Positions 1 through 15,099 of a stretch of DNA of 64,000 nt are shown here, piece after piece. The position numbers and the translations under genes were made by a program. Numbering within the stretch: the stretch's first letter is position 1; every line of letters starts with the position of its first letter. The stretch covers positions 38,998,001-39,062,000 of the forward strand of contig OZ231126.1 in NCBI GenBank assembly GCA_965153355.1, written 5' to 3'. The notes below the pieces were generated by a model. It was not told the origin of the DNA. It did not search any database and saw only the letters and a list, made by a program, of their open reading frames with translations. The DNA is from Flaccisagitta enflata (lineage: Eukaryota).

Positions 1-1138
1 ATGGAAAGTACTACTCATGATCTGGCTAAAGGTGAAACATGCTTGCTGTAGACATATGTTTCCAAAAACAGATTTCACTCTCTGAAAGACGAGTGGGTTT
101 CATGGAAATTTTCTAATGTTTTCAGTGAATCATCTCAACGTTTTGAATTACTTTGGCAAGACCAAAATTGATGAAATTCATGAGTGAATTATAGATTTTT
201 TTACTTAACTAATATTGAAAACATGTGACAGAATTCATTTCGGGACCCGGGCCTTTGGAGGCTGTTGTCGGACAAGCTTCAAGAAATTCAACCCTGCGTT
301 ATAAGACGTTGGCCCTTTGGTATCATTGCTCAAAAAGGGAACAACTTTTTCAGGTGCGCCTGCGCAAGTTTATGAGCATCTCTGTCAGTCGGTCACGCTT
401 GGGTGAAAACGCACCGTTTTTGCTCGCATATCTGACTATACAAATTGCCAAAATAGTCGCAAGTCGCAAGTCGCAAGTTTACATAATTTGGTGAATTCAA
501 TTTTTTGGTCGCTTGCTAAGCGACTCTATACGTGGTTGTGTCCCTTGGTTGGTTGGTTGGTTGGTAACGCGAAATTTTGAGCGCCGCAAAATCAGCCATA
601 TCGGTGATTTCTTTGCATTACGGCCCCTGCACAGCCACAATACAGCCCCCGCCCACCCATACCTATGCATGGTGTACCAACTCAGTTGTAACATAAAGAA
701 TCGATGTATCTCTGCTTCTAAAGAAGATAATCTGATTCTGAAAAAAAGTTCTAAAGAGCTTTTGAAAAACGATTTATGCCTAATAAGAGGAAAATGATGG
801 GAAGGTATTAACAGTCATGGAGAAATGGCTTGGAAGTAAATGCCTTTTTGCAACCATTTTGCTATTTTTCATTGATCTCCTATGACAATTACTCTTTGTT
901 TAGCTCTTATCTGTAAATAATTTGACAAAACATGAAGAGTTGGACTCAAATTAATGGTATTCTATACAGTGAAAGAGATTTCCTAGAATAATTCATTTTT
1001 TTGATAAGATACCATGATATTTGCCTAATTCATGCCTATGAAAATCGAGTTTTTTATCAAATGTGGTTTTGAAGAGAAACAAGGTCATTAGACCTAAGTC
1101 GCGTGCTTTGCATGATTGTGAATTAGAGTGAGAGGAAG

Positions 1139-1537
1139 CAGGGCAGCGGCCCCGGAGGGGACAAAGTCCTGTAGAACACAGGGGGACTTTCGTTCGCCAT
1201 TCCGTTTGTCATTCCGTTTGTCCGTCTATTCCCCCCAGGTCCTCTCAGGCCTGAAATCTGCCCTCTCAGGCCTGAAATCTGCCTTCTCAGACATTAAATC
1301 TGTGAGGGCAGATTTCAGGCCTGTGAGGGCAGATTTCAGGCCTGAGAGGGCAAATTTCAGGCTTGAGAGGACAGATTTAAGGCCTGAGATGGCAGATTTT
1401 AGGCCCGGGAGGGTAAATTTCAGGCCTGAGTGGGCAGATTTCAGGCCTGAGGGGGCCTGGGGGGACGAACGGAATGACGAATGAAAGCCCTCCTGTGTTC
1501 TACAGGACTTCGTCCCCTTCAGGGCCGCTGCCCAAAA
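1139..1537. mobile_element. Interspersed element with ~55-bp inverted repeats around a 21-bp tandem array
   Basis: CAGGGCAGCGGCCCCGGAGGGGACAAAGTCCTGTAGAACACAGGGGGACTTTCGTTC and its reverse complement near 1480-1533 flank ~21-bp units (AGGCCTGAGAGGGCAGATTTC-like). Related copies near 1640-2370, 5900-8225, 24260-24560, 28850-29820, 34520-35960 and 46680-47250. Confidence 0.75.
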
Positions 1538-1639
1538 AAGGCAGGCAGACAGACAGACAAAAGATTTTTTTTTCAAAAAGACATTTGAAATAGCTATATA
1601 CTACTCCAAGTTTCTTTTCCACTTTTCAGAGTCATTAAC

Positions 1640-2370
1640 AGGTCGCCCAAGGGCAATACGTGGTCAGCGATACCCGTTGCCCTGCTTAATATGTTTGTGA
1701 ATGTAAGTGATGGTTAGCAGGGTAGCAGCCTCGAAGGGGACGATATCCTGTAGAACACAGGGGGACTTTCATTCGTTCATTTGTTTGTTGAAGCTGGGAT
1801 TTGAGCCTAAAGGCTAAGATTTAAGCCTTGAGACTGGGATTCAAGCCTTGAGACTGGGATTCAAGCCTTGAGGCGGGGATTAAAGCCTTGAGGATAGGAC
1901 TCCAGCCTCAATGAGGCTGAAATTGAGCCTCGAGGCTGGGATTTGAGTCTCAAGGCTGGGATTTTAGCTAGAATTTGAGCCTCAAGGCTGGGATATGAAC
2001 CTCGAGGCTGGGATTGGAGCCTTGAGGCTGATATTTTAGCCTTGGGGCTGATATTTCAGCCTTAAGGCTGGAATTTCAGCCCCAAGGCTGGGATTTAAGC
2101 CTTGAGTATGGAATTTGAGCCTGGAGGCTGGGATTTGAACCCCGAGGTTAGGGGGTGGACAAACAAACAAACGAATGAACGAACGAACAAACAAACAAAC
2201 AAACAAACAAACAAACAAACAAACAAACAAACAAACAAACAAACAAACAAACGAACAAACGAACAAACGAACCAATGAACGAACGAACAACCAAACAAAC
2301 AAACAAATGAACGAACGAAAGTCCCCCTGTGTTCTACAGGACATCGTCCCCTTCGGGGCCGCTGCCCAAA
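1640..2370. mobile_element. Second copy of the IR/21-bp-array element, with an (AAAC)n tract
   Basis: AGGTCGCCCAAGGGCAATACGTGGTCAGCGATACCCGTTGCCC head, the same IR pair (about 1718-1775 and 2313-2367), GAGGCTGGGATTTGAGCCTTG-like 21-mers, and (AAAC)n at 2160-2310. Confidence 0.7.
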
Positions 2371-2920
2371 AACGCTATAAAAAGCCTTTGAAACTTCTTT
2401 GTGACGGAGGGACTGACTGACGGACCGACGGACGGACCGACGGACGGACCAACGGACCAAAAAGTGGCTTATAGAGTCGCATAGCATGTGTAAAAAGGCA
2501 AAAACTTCAAAACTTTGAGGATGATTTTTATTGGGGCCAAAAACTACTGGAAAATTTCTTCAATTTGGGACCAATCTCAGGTCTCTAGCTCAATCCGGTT
2601 AGGAATGAGCAATGTCAGCCCAATGTGCAAATTGAGAAATAGCCGCATCATTTTAGGTTGTGAATGTGTGAAATTCTTTTTGTACGGAATAATTTTCTTA
2701 GCATAAGCAAAAATCACTTTTAAGAGCTCTTTGGAACTTTTTTCAGAATGAGATTATCTTCTCTAGAAGCTGAGATCTATCGATTCTTTATGTTACAATT
2801 GAGTTGGTGCACCCTGTACTGCTCCTGCCAATCTGCAAGCGACTACTTATCGGCCGTGTATCCGGCCTTGTTTTTCAGAGAGAACATTGGTAATGCATTC
2901 TGTTTGGATTCACTGAAAAG

Positions 2921-4980
2921 ATGGTCGATGTTTCTGGGATTTCCGTCGAAAATTTGTTTTCATCATCCTTGATAACGCGAGTGGTGACATGCGTCAGCAA
3001 TAATTCGTACGTGTCTCGCGACGATGGTCAGTCGAAATTGAAAGGAATCGCCATCGACTTGTGGCGAAGAACGGCTCAAGACCTCAATTTGACCTACCAA
3101 ATCCAAGTGCAAGAATGGTGGGAAATGATGCGCACTTTCAACGATGGCCACGCGGATGTCATACTACAAACTATGAATCACGATCAGATGGCTTTTGCTA
3201 ACTCCACTGGGTGAGAGATGCAGTAAAATAACATGTCCTAAAATTCAATCACCGTACTCGACGCGATATACTCGGTATAATTACTATTATATCTATATTT
3301 GTCGCGTGTTGGGGTGTGAGCATAGTTGGCTTGTGTTTAGATTTTTAGTAGTTCCTCTACAAAACAAAAAATCCGTTTTCTTGCATTGTTTCATTTCTGT
3401 TTGGCAGGTATGTCATGACCCCTGCATTTGCAACGGGTGGTTTGCGCGCCTCTATGCCCATGCGTAAGAGTTTTGATGCTGGCATCATACAGTGGAGGCC
3501 ATACAGTTGGCCAATTTGGACCTCTTTCTTTTGCTTGTGGCTTTTTTACAGTCTGTCTTTGTACATCACATCTTCACTTAGCAGACGTTTAAGTCAGAAA
3601 TCCTCTCAACACGAAGAAGAAGATTTTACCCTTTTCCAATGTATTTGGTACTTTTCAATCGTCCCATGTCACTTTGGCGTTGATAAAAATGTCAAATCTG
3701 TCAGCGGGAAAATTCTTCAATACTTTTGGAGCATGTTTTTGTTGATATTTCTCGCGACTTACACGGCATTCTTGGCCGCAGCTTTCTCGGAGAAAGATTA
3801 CATAAAACCTATTTTATCTATCGAAGACATACTATCTAGGCGGAAAAAATCTTTCGGTACGTTTACATGCATATCTCAGGTTAGAATCAACCAAACATCA
3901 AAAAATCGGTGAGATAAATAAAGCGCTTCAAATTTGCAAGAGATTGACGCAATCGGCATCCCTCTAGCTCGATGCATTCAAAAGCTATTCAACTTTAAAT
4001 GAAATACTTGAGTTTCACTTGTGCCATTTTTCCACTATCTTCTAATGGTATCATTTCACTCTTTTTTTGATTACTTCTAAACGCCTTGAGCTAGACAGAT
4101 GCGATTTGAGTTGCCTGCTTGGAAATTCGCAGGGCTTCATTTATGTCACCAATTTTCTTATGATTTAATGATTCTTTTGAAAACTGCAAGTCGAAATGTA
4201 GCAAAAGAATAGACAATAAAAAGTTGCGAGAAAGATCTGGAAAGCCTTCACTCCTGAGTAACTTGAACTGCTCAACAAATCTCTTCCGAAACAAATGCCT
4301 GCCCTGATTCAGTCAAAGGGAGCTCAAACTAATTATTGATGGATTTGTAATTGATTTGTATTCATTTTTACGCCAATGAATACGTTTTTGTTACAGGACG
4401 AATTATTTTTTCCGCCTAGATAGTACCAAGTTCTAACTACAATATATGTACATATGATTATATGGAAGATCAAATCTCTGACAAAAAACATCGTAACCCG
4501 ATTTTGACGCGAATGCTGAATGACGGACGAATCAACTTTTCGTTAGAATCGACTGAATATGAAAAGAAGTTTGCCGAAGATGCTGAGCGTGTATACAATG
4601 ACGGTTGCATGTATTTAGGAGATGATAATTTGCACTCTTGGTTGCAAGATCGCATCCCTTCTAAGAAACTGTATAAAATTGAAGGGTATTTCAGTCGCGA
4701 TAATTACGCTTTCGCTATGAAAGAAAATTGGACATATGCGACCAATGTTACGGAAATATTCAACGGGTATGGCAAGTCTGGGTATTTTGACACCATCTAT
4801 CGTAAACACGCGAGTGGCAAATTATCAGACAGTGCGGAGCAACAGGGTTTGAAAACTGTTAAAATGAATGATGTCTATCCCATTTTCACGTCGACATTTG
4901 GCGGAGCTCTTGTGTCAATCATTGTCTCAGTGACTAATTATTTTATTCAAGTCAGGAAAAACAATCAGGCATCAAATTGA
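2921..4980 (+). CDS. Divergent ionotropic glutamate receptor-like subunit, paralogue A (5' exons not identified; interrupted by a MITE)
   Basis: Exon 2921-3210 (S1 lobe, GIAIDLWRRTAQDLNLTYQI), phase-2 GT..AG intron 3211-3407, exon from 3408 (M1, pore WYFSIVPCHFG, M3 ATYTAFLAAAF), MITE 3832-4423, then an intact S2 and M4 to the stop at 4980. Colinear with paralogue B. Confidence 0.85.
3832..4423. mobile_element. 592-bp MITE with TA target duplication inside the iGluR-A coding exon
   Basis: Perfect 19-bp TIR CTATCTAGGCGGAAAAAAT / ATTTTTTCCGCCTAGATAG, with TA at 3830-3831 and 4424-4425. Removing it restores IEDIPSSNYNICTYD, matching paralogue B IEDVPSSKYNLCTYD. Confidence 0.92.
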
Positions 4981-5397
4981 TGGAATTTATCATGGAAAAA
5001 GCTGTAAACATAACGTCTGAACAACAATTACTGCATTTACATTTCAGGACCACAACAATTGACAAGATTTCAAAGAGGATAGACCAGTAATGGTTATTCA
5101 AAATGTTAAGACACATAAGCGTAAGTTGCCTTCGCCAGTAAAGAACATGAGAGAAACAAGGCATTTTTAATCTCCAAGTTTTTGATGCGATAATTGTCAA
5201 ACAGATGAATTAAAATCCACACTGTCTCTCTTTCGATGTATATATCTCACTTATTTACTCAATTGGAAAATATACACATTCATTAGTCACGCTCACATCA
5301 CTCCTTTTTTTTCAGTTGGGTTTAGATTCGGCAGTTTATCGCGCCAAAGTGTTCAAAGTGCGTTTAGCTTTAGGGAGGCCCTTCTGAATTCACAAGA

Positions 5398-5597
<200 letters not shown>

Positions 5598-6345
5598 ATT
5601 TAAATCACACACACAGATAAACAATGGACTTGTCATTCCCTCAACATCAGAAGTGGAGGAAAATCGATTGTCGCGTTATTTGGATTGACAATAAATATTA
5701 GATAACAAAGATTTTGCGTTAGTCAAAGTATCATCTAAAGTAAAATCTACTTCAAAAGGAAGGTTTCTCTCATACAAACAAGGCTCAGTTGCCCCAGTTG
5801 CACGCGAGTGGGCAGGGGCGGTGATGGAGAAAGTAAATAGTGCATTTTGGCAGGAGCGGGGAGATCAAAAAGCTCATAAACGCCGGAAAAGTAACAAATC
5901 ATCCAAGGATCGCACATGGTCAGCGGTACCCGATACCCTGCTTGGAATTTGAGTGATCAGCTGAAAAAGTGGAGTGAGTGCAGAGCAGCGGCCCTAAATG
6001 GCCGGTGATCAGTAGAACACAGGCGTGAATTTCCTGACATGATTTTAAGCCTCTTAGAGCTAACTCAAGACTTTTAGGTTTGGGCTGAGGGCAGATTTGA
6101 GGCCTGAGAGGGAAAATTGGAAGGCTGAATTGGCACTTAAGAGGTCAGATTTTAAACCTGAGAGGGCAAATTTCAAGTCAGAGAGGGCTAAATACAGCCC
6201 TGGACTGATTTTGGGCCCAAGAGAGCTGACTTTAAGCCAAAGAGGACTGATTTTGTACCTGAAAAAGTTAATCTTGGACCTAAGAATGCTAATTGTGAGC
6301 CTGAGAGAGGTGGTTTGGGGTCTGAAGGGGCCAGATTGGGGCCTA

Positions 6346-7680
6346 ACATCTGTCTCATAATTATTGTCACAACATCAAATTGAGAAAAACTACACTAGAT
6401 ATTGACCTATCGTCTCTAAATTTGAATATAAGATACCCTGTCTTCAAAAGCAACTGATACCAGCAAAAGATGTATTGTGTCAAAACGATTCATATTTCAA
6501 AATTTGGATTTTTTCTATCTGAAAGCATATTTACTGCGGTTTTTTCATACAAAATTTCAGCACTTTTTTCCAACTGGTTTAGCCTCTACATCATTTTTAA
6601 ATATACCCAAATTTTACTGAAATCTAGCAATTTTTATATATAAAAAAAGAGTTAGGCCCTAACAACTATATATAAAAAACCAAAACATTGATTTAGAATA
6701 TCAAAACTTATCCCAATCTAGCATATTTTCATTACTAATATGATTTTTTTTTCTTTATGTGCATAATCATAAGATGTTCTAAACAAAAATGTTGAAATTC
6801 CTACATGGAATGTTGATGGAACATGAAAAAAAGTGAAAAACTGCACAAAAACGATATGAATACAGCAAATATGCTTTCTTTCATAAATCTGGTGTAATCT
6901 CCTTCAAAAAATATTTAATTTGAGACCAATCCCAGCATTTTGGCTCAAAGCGTTTAAAAGTTACAGAGGTTTGAAGTGAGACACCTCCATTCATGTCTGA
7001 AAGGAAAAGCTGAAATACTTCAAATGATGTTTCAGATAGAAAAAATCCAAATTTTGAAATATGAATCGTTTTGACACAATACAGGCGTTTTCGCATTGGG
7101 AAAATTATCGAGATATTACATAGGGAATATCTAGATATTATATAGATAATACGCCCAATGCGAAAACCCCTTTAATCTTTTGCTGGTATCAGTTGCTTTT
7201 GAAGACAGGGTAGCTAGGAACTATACTTTTGAAAATCAAAAAGGCGTTAAATATTGGTGGCCTTTCAAACCACAGTGATTAGTTAAAATCATAAAACAGA
7301 AAAATTGTTTTTTACTTGATTTTAACTGAAAAATTCAATTTGACCAAAAGCTTTTACTGTTTATCATTTCTAATAACTAGCAATCAATTTACCGCAACTT
7401 TAGTGAACTACTTGATTAAATTGATGCTGACAGGTATTATCTGTGAAAAAATGACACGAGAAAACTCCAAAAATTAATGTAAAACAAAGACACTGCTTCA
7501 TATTGCCAATCACAATCTTATCCTCCATGCAATGAAGATTTCTAGTCAAAATCCCTTTCTTTTTAGTCAAAAGAAATAGTAACATCTACTTAATTGAACA
7601 TATTTATAAAAAATAGACCAAAATTGATAAGATTCTATGCAAGTTTTCTAATGTTGTGACAATAATTATGAGACAGATGT
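6346..7680. mobile_element. MITE with TA flanks containing a nested MITE (6436-7210)
   Basis: Outer ~30-bp TIR ACATCTGTCTCATAATTATTGTCACAACAT. Inner TIR CCCTGTCTTCAAAAGCAACTGATACCAGCAAAAGAT with TA flanks. A small hairpin element at about 7083-7172 interrupts the inner right TIR. Confidence 0.85.
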
Positions 7681-7749
7681 TAAGAGGCAGGGGGATGCAT
7701 GTATGGATGGACAGATAGATGGACGTATAGATGGATATATGGAAAATCA

Positions 7750-8174
7750 TAGGACCCGAAGTAGTTAAGGTTTTGAAATTAACTAGTTAATAGTTAACTT
7801 AACTACTTTTTTCAGTAGTTAACTACTAAAAGTAGTTAAAAATTTTAGCCTTTTTTGTTATATCCCATGAAATATTTTCAGAAAAGACTGGCATTAACAT
7901 TGAATTTTTACAAAGTTATAATTGCCCAAATGAATTTTGGCTCACATATTAGATGTTTCTTTGTTGTAGCTGTGAAAAAAATTCTGTCTTTTACAAATTG
8001 ATGTGAATTTTTCTAAAAAAACCATAAAATCTAAGAAAAATACCTGATTTTTGTCATTTTGTACCTAAAAATTAGTCAATTAATTAACTAGTTAACTTGA
8101 GTTAGTTAACTGCAGGGGTTTTCAAAATTTTAACTAGTTAACTAACTAGTTAAAGTTAACTACTTCGAGTCCTA
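7750..8174. mobile_element. hAT-type MITE
   Basis: TIR TAGGACCCGAAGTAGTTAA / TTAACTACTTCGAGTCCTA; 8-bp TSD GAAAATCA (7742-7749, 8175-8182); subterminal AGTTAACT repeats. Confidence 0.85.
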
Positions 8175-8610
8175 GAAAATCACCCTACAGGACATTGGTC
8201 CTTCGGGGCCGCTACCCAAAAAGGAGACTAACCAACCAATGGACGGATGGATAGACGGACAAAGCGCGGTGTAGAGTCGCGTAGCACGTGATAAAAAAAC
8301 AACTAGACTAATCGCATCTAAAGAGTTTTCAAATTCTCTGCCAACAATCTTGAGTCACACCACGTAATCTGAGGTGAGATTAAAATCCAGGGTATACTCG
8401 AGTATGCTTGGGTATGCTCGGGTATTGCTCGTGTATTGCTTGGGTATTGCTTGGGTATTGCTCGGGTATTGCTTGGGTGTGCTTGGTATCTGGTATTGGG
8501 GGTATTGTGAGGTCTGAGGCATGATATGCAGGGTATGGTATTACGGCGACGGCGGAAGAGCAGGTGGATCGCTCGGTATGGGCAGAGTATTGCGGAAGAT
8601 GTATGAGTAT

Positions 8611-8946
8611 TAGAGAGGGTTCAATTTGGGCATTCGGATGAATCATTATTTCCAAGCAATTTTCTTGTTCCTTTTGCATGTTAAGAGCCCAATCTCTTTG
8701 GAAAATCAATTTGGACTTGATCTAGACACTCCGTCATCAATGCTGTAGTTGTATAGAATTAATTGCTGGAGTTAAGAGGGAAATTTCTTCCATAGTAATC
8801 CTATACAACTACAGCATTGGTGACGGAGTACCTAGATCAAGTCCAAATCAATTTTCCAATGAGATTAGGCTTTTAATATGCAAATGGAACATGAAAAGTG
8901 CTTGGAAATAATGTTTCATTCGAATGCCCAATTTGAGCCCACTCTA
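8611..8946. mobile_element. Near-palindromic MITE inserted in an 11-bp (GGGTATTGCTC) minisatellite region
   Basis: Arms of about 150 bp starting TAGAGAGGGTTCAATTTGGGCATTCGGATG and ending CATTCGAATGCCCAATTTGAGCCCACTCTA. GGGTATTGCTC-like units lie on both sides. Confidence 0.75.
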
Positions 8947-9371
8947 CTGGGTATTGCTAGGATATTGCTAGGGTATTTCTTGAGTATATTCGGTTATTGC
9001 TCGGGTATTAATCTCACATTTTTCGATTACAGATTACCAGGTGGATCAGTCACTTAATTTGTTAAAACAAAAAGAGAACAAGGCCGTATACACGGCAGCA
9101 TCAGTTGCAAATTGGTGGGCAGGAGCGGAAAACCTCAAAATGTGACATTGTAAGTTTTGTAACGGACAAACGGACGGACCGATGGACTGACCAACGGACC
9201 GACCGACGGACCAAAAAGTGGCTTATAGAGTCGCGTGTCCGCGACTGAAAAGAACAACACCCTTTTATAAATAGTAGCAGCTTCCTTTCAGGTGTCCAAA
9301 TGTTTATGGCAAAGATGTATCAGCTGAAAGCAGAGCAGATGATTTTTTTTTCTTTATTCTTTTACTTCTTT

Positions 9372-9505
9372 TTCTTTTTCTTTTCTTTTCTTTTCTTTTC
9401 TTTTCTTTTCTTTTCTTTTCTTTTCTTTTCTTTTCTTTTCTTTTCTTTTCTTTTCTTTTCTTTTCTTTTCTTTTCTTTTCTTTTCTTTTCTTTTCTTTTT
9501 CTTTT
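9372..9505. repeat. (TTTTC)n microsatellite
   Basis: Directly visible. Confidence 0.95.
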
Positions 9506-10284
9506 TTTATCCCTTTTCCTTGTAGGCGATTGATTCGTACAGCGACAGCAGCATTCCCTGTTGTCGAGCAGCTTTGAATTTTCTAGCCTTGTCCATCTCT
9601 AAGTGTAAGGAGCAAAGCGACGCTCCTCGGGTAACTGAATACTGAAGGGGCACAACATGAAATTTGTCAATGACTGACACTTTGTCATTCACAAGTGCTT
9701 AAGACAGAGGGCAATTGTGATTTTGACTAGCCATGTACATGTATCCTTGCAACGTACTTCCAAAGTTTTTTATCTCTGAAACTCATTCTGGGCTCATCAG
9801 ATGTGCGTCAATGTCAGGTCTTGTCTCCTAATCCTCCAAGCTGGTTGAGGGTTTTAGGTGCGCGTTTATTTTGCGTTTATTTCGCCTTTCGGTGTTTGTT
9901 CTTCTCCTCTTTTTTTCCACCTCAGCAAATAGAGGAACACGATCTTTCTGGTTCAATTCCTGAAAGATGTTTAGTTCTGGGGACAATGTGCCAGGAAATC
10001 TACGGCAATTTTGACTTTTGGAAGAACGAGAGGAATCTTTGAAAATGTTTACAGAGAGTTGTGTTCTTTCACATTGCACAAGAAGAGGACATGAACGATA
10101 CGACAAAAAAGATTTCGCGTAGATACGATGAACGAAGAAATGGACAAATTGAAAGATGGACAAATTAAATGGACAAATACTAAAATATTTTTCATTACAT
10201 TCCAGAAAGCTACGTAGATAATCTCTACAAATCATCGATTTTCGGTTTTTCCTATCACCATTTGTCCACCCCTCAAAGACCAAT

Positions 10285-12441
10285 ATGGTTGACGTATCTG
10301 GGATTTCATCTATGGATTTTCTCCCGTCATCGTCGGTAACACGAGTGGTGACATGTTTAAGTGATAACTGGTTCGTGTATCGTGAAGATAATGAGTCGGA
10401 ATTGAAAGGAATTGGCATCGATTTGTGGCGAAAAACGGCTAAAGATCTCAATTTGACCTACCAAATTCAAGTGCAAGAATGGTGGGAAATGATGACCACT
10501 TTCGATAATGGCCAAGCCGACATCATAGTCCAAACTATGAATGACGACCAGATGGCTATTTCGGATTCCACTGCTGGGTAAGAATTGAGTAGCGCAAAAA
10601 AACGAAACATTTCGAGGAACAAGGCCGTATACACGAGCCGAAGTCGCGTGCGGGTGGGCAGGAGCGGCGAAAAAGCAAAGTGTTTCCGACCGACCGACGG
10701 ACAGAGTGGGTCATAGAGTCGCGTGCACGCGACTAAAAAAATCTGATAGTCGTTGTCTCCTGCTAGGGATTCTACGTTCGACTGTCCGTCCACAATTGAT
10801 TGAATTGTCTGCAGATGTCTAAATTTTTTTGTGACGTGAATTTTTTTTTTAGTCGCATGCATGTTATTTATTCTCTCGTCAGTGAAATAGATATGGGATA
10901 TCTTTCTTCTTTAACCACTTGGATAAATTGGGTGTCAACTGTCAAACCACAACCTCGTTGGTTAAAGGCGAAAGTAGTCAACAATTTTATTCAAGTCCCG
11001 ACCTTTTGCGTTTGGTTATCAATGGAATGAAATTGCTAAATTGCAATGAAATTTTCATGTGGCCTTTCTCGTGTTTTGGTAAAATTTGGTCTTTGATATT
11101 GAAAACTTACTTAGCAAAGCTAAATGTTGAACAAAGTATTTCCATGGCAAAAGGCGGCGATGAATTCTTTTTCTTCCCCATAGGAGTCAATGGGAGAATT
11201 CGACTTTAGATGGTGTATATAGGAATGAGACATTGAAATTTGGTCACAGTACCCAGCACGACTTTATCTATAGTATTCCACGGACAAATCATTACTCTAA
11301 ATGCGCATTTTGACAGAATCTGAAACAGTGTGCATATGCTTGATTAGCCTATTCCATAAAAGGTGAATCATAAGTCCCCCTGCTCACCAGCACGCGACAT
11401 TGGTAGCAGTGCCTGCGCCCTTGTTTCTGATAAAGTTTCCAAGATACTCTCTTTTTACACAGTTACCTCGTAACTCCCGCTTTTGCGATGGGTGGCTTAC
11501 GCGCCTCGATGCCCCTGCGCAAAACCTCCAACTCCGTCATCATGCTGAGGCCATACCATTGGTCCATCTGGCTCGCTTGGACGTGTTTGTGGCTTTTTTA
11601 CAGTCTCACTTTGTACCTGACATCATCACTCAGTAGGAGATTGGCTCGGAAATCCTCGCACCAAACTGAGGAAGATTTCACTTTCTTCCAATGCATTTGG
11701 TACTTCTCGTACGTCACATGTCACTTTGGCATGGACAAAAACGTCAAGTCTGTCAGCGGAAAAATTCTCCAATTCTTTTGGAGCCTGTTTTTGTTGATAT
11801 TTCTCGCTACTTACACGGCATTTCTGGCGGCTGCTTTCTCGGAGGAAGCTTACACAAAACCCATCGAATCTATCGAAGACGTACCAAGTTCTAAGTATAA
11901 TCTATGTACTTACGATCACATAGAAAAACAAATTTCCGACGAACGGCAGCGTCACCCGATTTTGACGCGAATGTTGACAGAAGGACGAATCGACTTCTCG
12001 TTAAAAGCGGTAGGGGACGATGACAAATTCGTTGAAGACGCGAAACGGAAATTTGAGGAAGGTTGCATATTCTTAGCCGATGATAGTCTCCTCTTTTGGT
12101 TGAGTAAGCGTATTTCCGCCTTCGAATTGTACAAAATCGAAGGGTACTTTACCAAAGATAATTACGCTTTTGTTATGAACCCGAATTGGACCTGGGCCCC
12201 CAATGTTACGGAAATGTTTACCAGGTATGACAAGTCTGGCTACTTTGACGCGATCGCCCGGAAACACGCCAAAGGTGGTACCAGTAAATCGACAACAGAT
12301 TATCAGGGTCTGAAAACCGTTGAAATGTCGGATGTTTATCTCATATTTTTGCTTACTTTTGGCGGGGCAGTTTTGTCCATTTTAGTTACGGTTATCCAGT
12401 ATTTGCTACAAATGAAGAAGAGAAATACGACTTCACATTGA
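10285..12441 (+). CDS. Divergent ionotropic glutamate receptor-like subunit, paralogue B (5' exons not identified)
   Basis: Exon 10285-10577, phase-2 intron GTAAGA...TACACAG 10578-11462 at the same position as in paralogue A, exon 11463-12441. S1-M1-P(CHFG)-M3(TYTAFLAAAF)-S2-M4 architecture with an open frame throughout. Confidence 0.9.
10620..10740 (-). mobile_element. Helentron-associated (DINE-1/HINE-like) non-autonomous element
   Basis: Minus strand: T-run, hairpin AGTCGCGTGCACGCGACT, GTCY/GTCG microsatellite, CCTGCCCACCC, second subterminal copy GCACGCGACT, 3' stem-loop ending GTATACGGCCTTGTT. Close copy at 32501-32657; roughly 25 or more relatives across the window. Confidence 0.7.
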
Positions 12442-12503
12442 GTAATGACGAATATTGAAACAGCAACTTTTTCTGTTTCTCTTTCTCTCTTTTTCTCGGT
12501 CTG

Positions 12504-14870
<2,367 letters not shown>

Positions 14871-15092
14871 TTTGATTTACTAATTTAAACAAAACACAGC
14901 ATTTCATTCCGTCACAGTCCCCGATACACGCCTACTTTCCTTTTCCTCCTCATGGCCGATATTTCTGTCTTTCTCCTCCCTTCATGCATGCTCATTTTCT
15001 TTCTTCTTCCTCCTTAATACTCTCTTCCCTTCTTCTTCGTCCTCGTTCCTCTCTTTCCCTCCATTTCTCGTCGCTTCCGCCTCGATGTCGGG

Positions 15093-15099
15093 TATAAAA
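15093..15099 (+). promoter_or_regulatory. TATA box of noggin
   Basis: GGG TATAAAA GCGG in unique, CpG-containing sequence about 365 bp upstream of the noggin ATG. Confidence 0.55.

Larger units (their letters stand above)
668..2816. mobile_element. Tc1/mariner-type non-autonomous element (MITE) expanded by nested insertions
   Basis: Long imperfect TIRs: 668 CATGGTGTACCAACTCAGTTGTAACATAAAGAATCGATGTATCTCTGCTTCTA... versus ...TAGAAGCTGAGATCTATCGATTCTTTATGTTACAATTGAGTTGGTGCACCCTG 2816, followed by TA. Same TIR family as 18338-19113. It splits a Helentron-like element (about 497-660 and 2820-2872). Confidence 0.75.

Noticed and set aside
225-353. Possible upstream exons of the iGluR genes (225-353 and about 9530-10130)
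   Set aside because: No consistent protein similarity between the two paralogue regions, weak splice sites and in-frame stops.
1128-1576. ORFs with heptad repeats (LSGLKSA, RADFRPE), also at 6097, 29210, 34544 and 46878
   Set aside because: They are translations of the 21-bp arrays in a dispersed element and are open on both strands; not coiled-coil genes.
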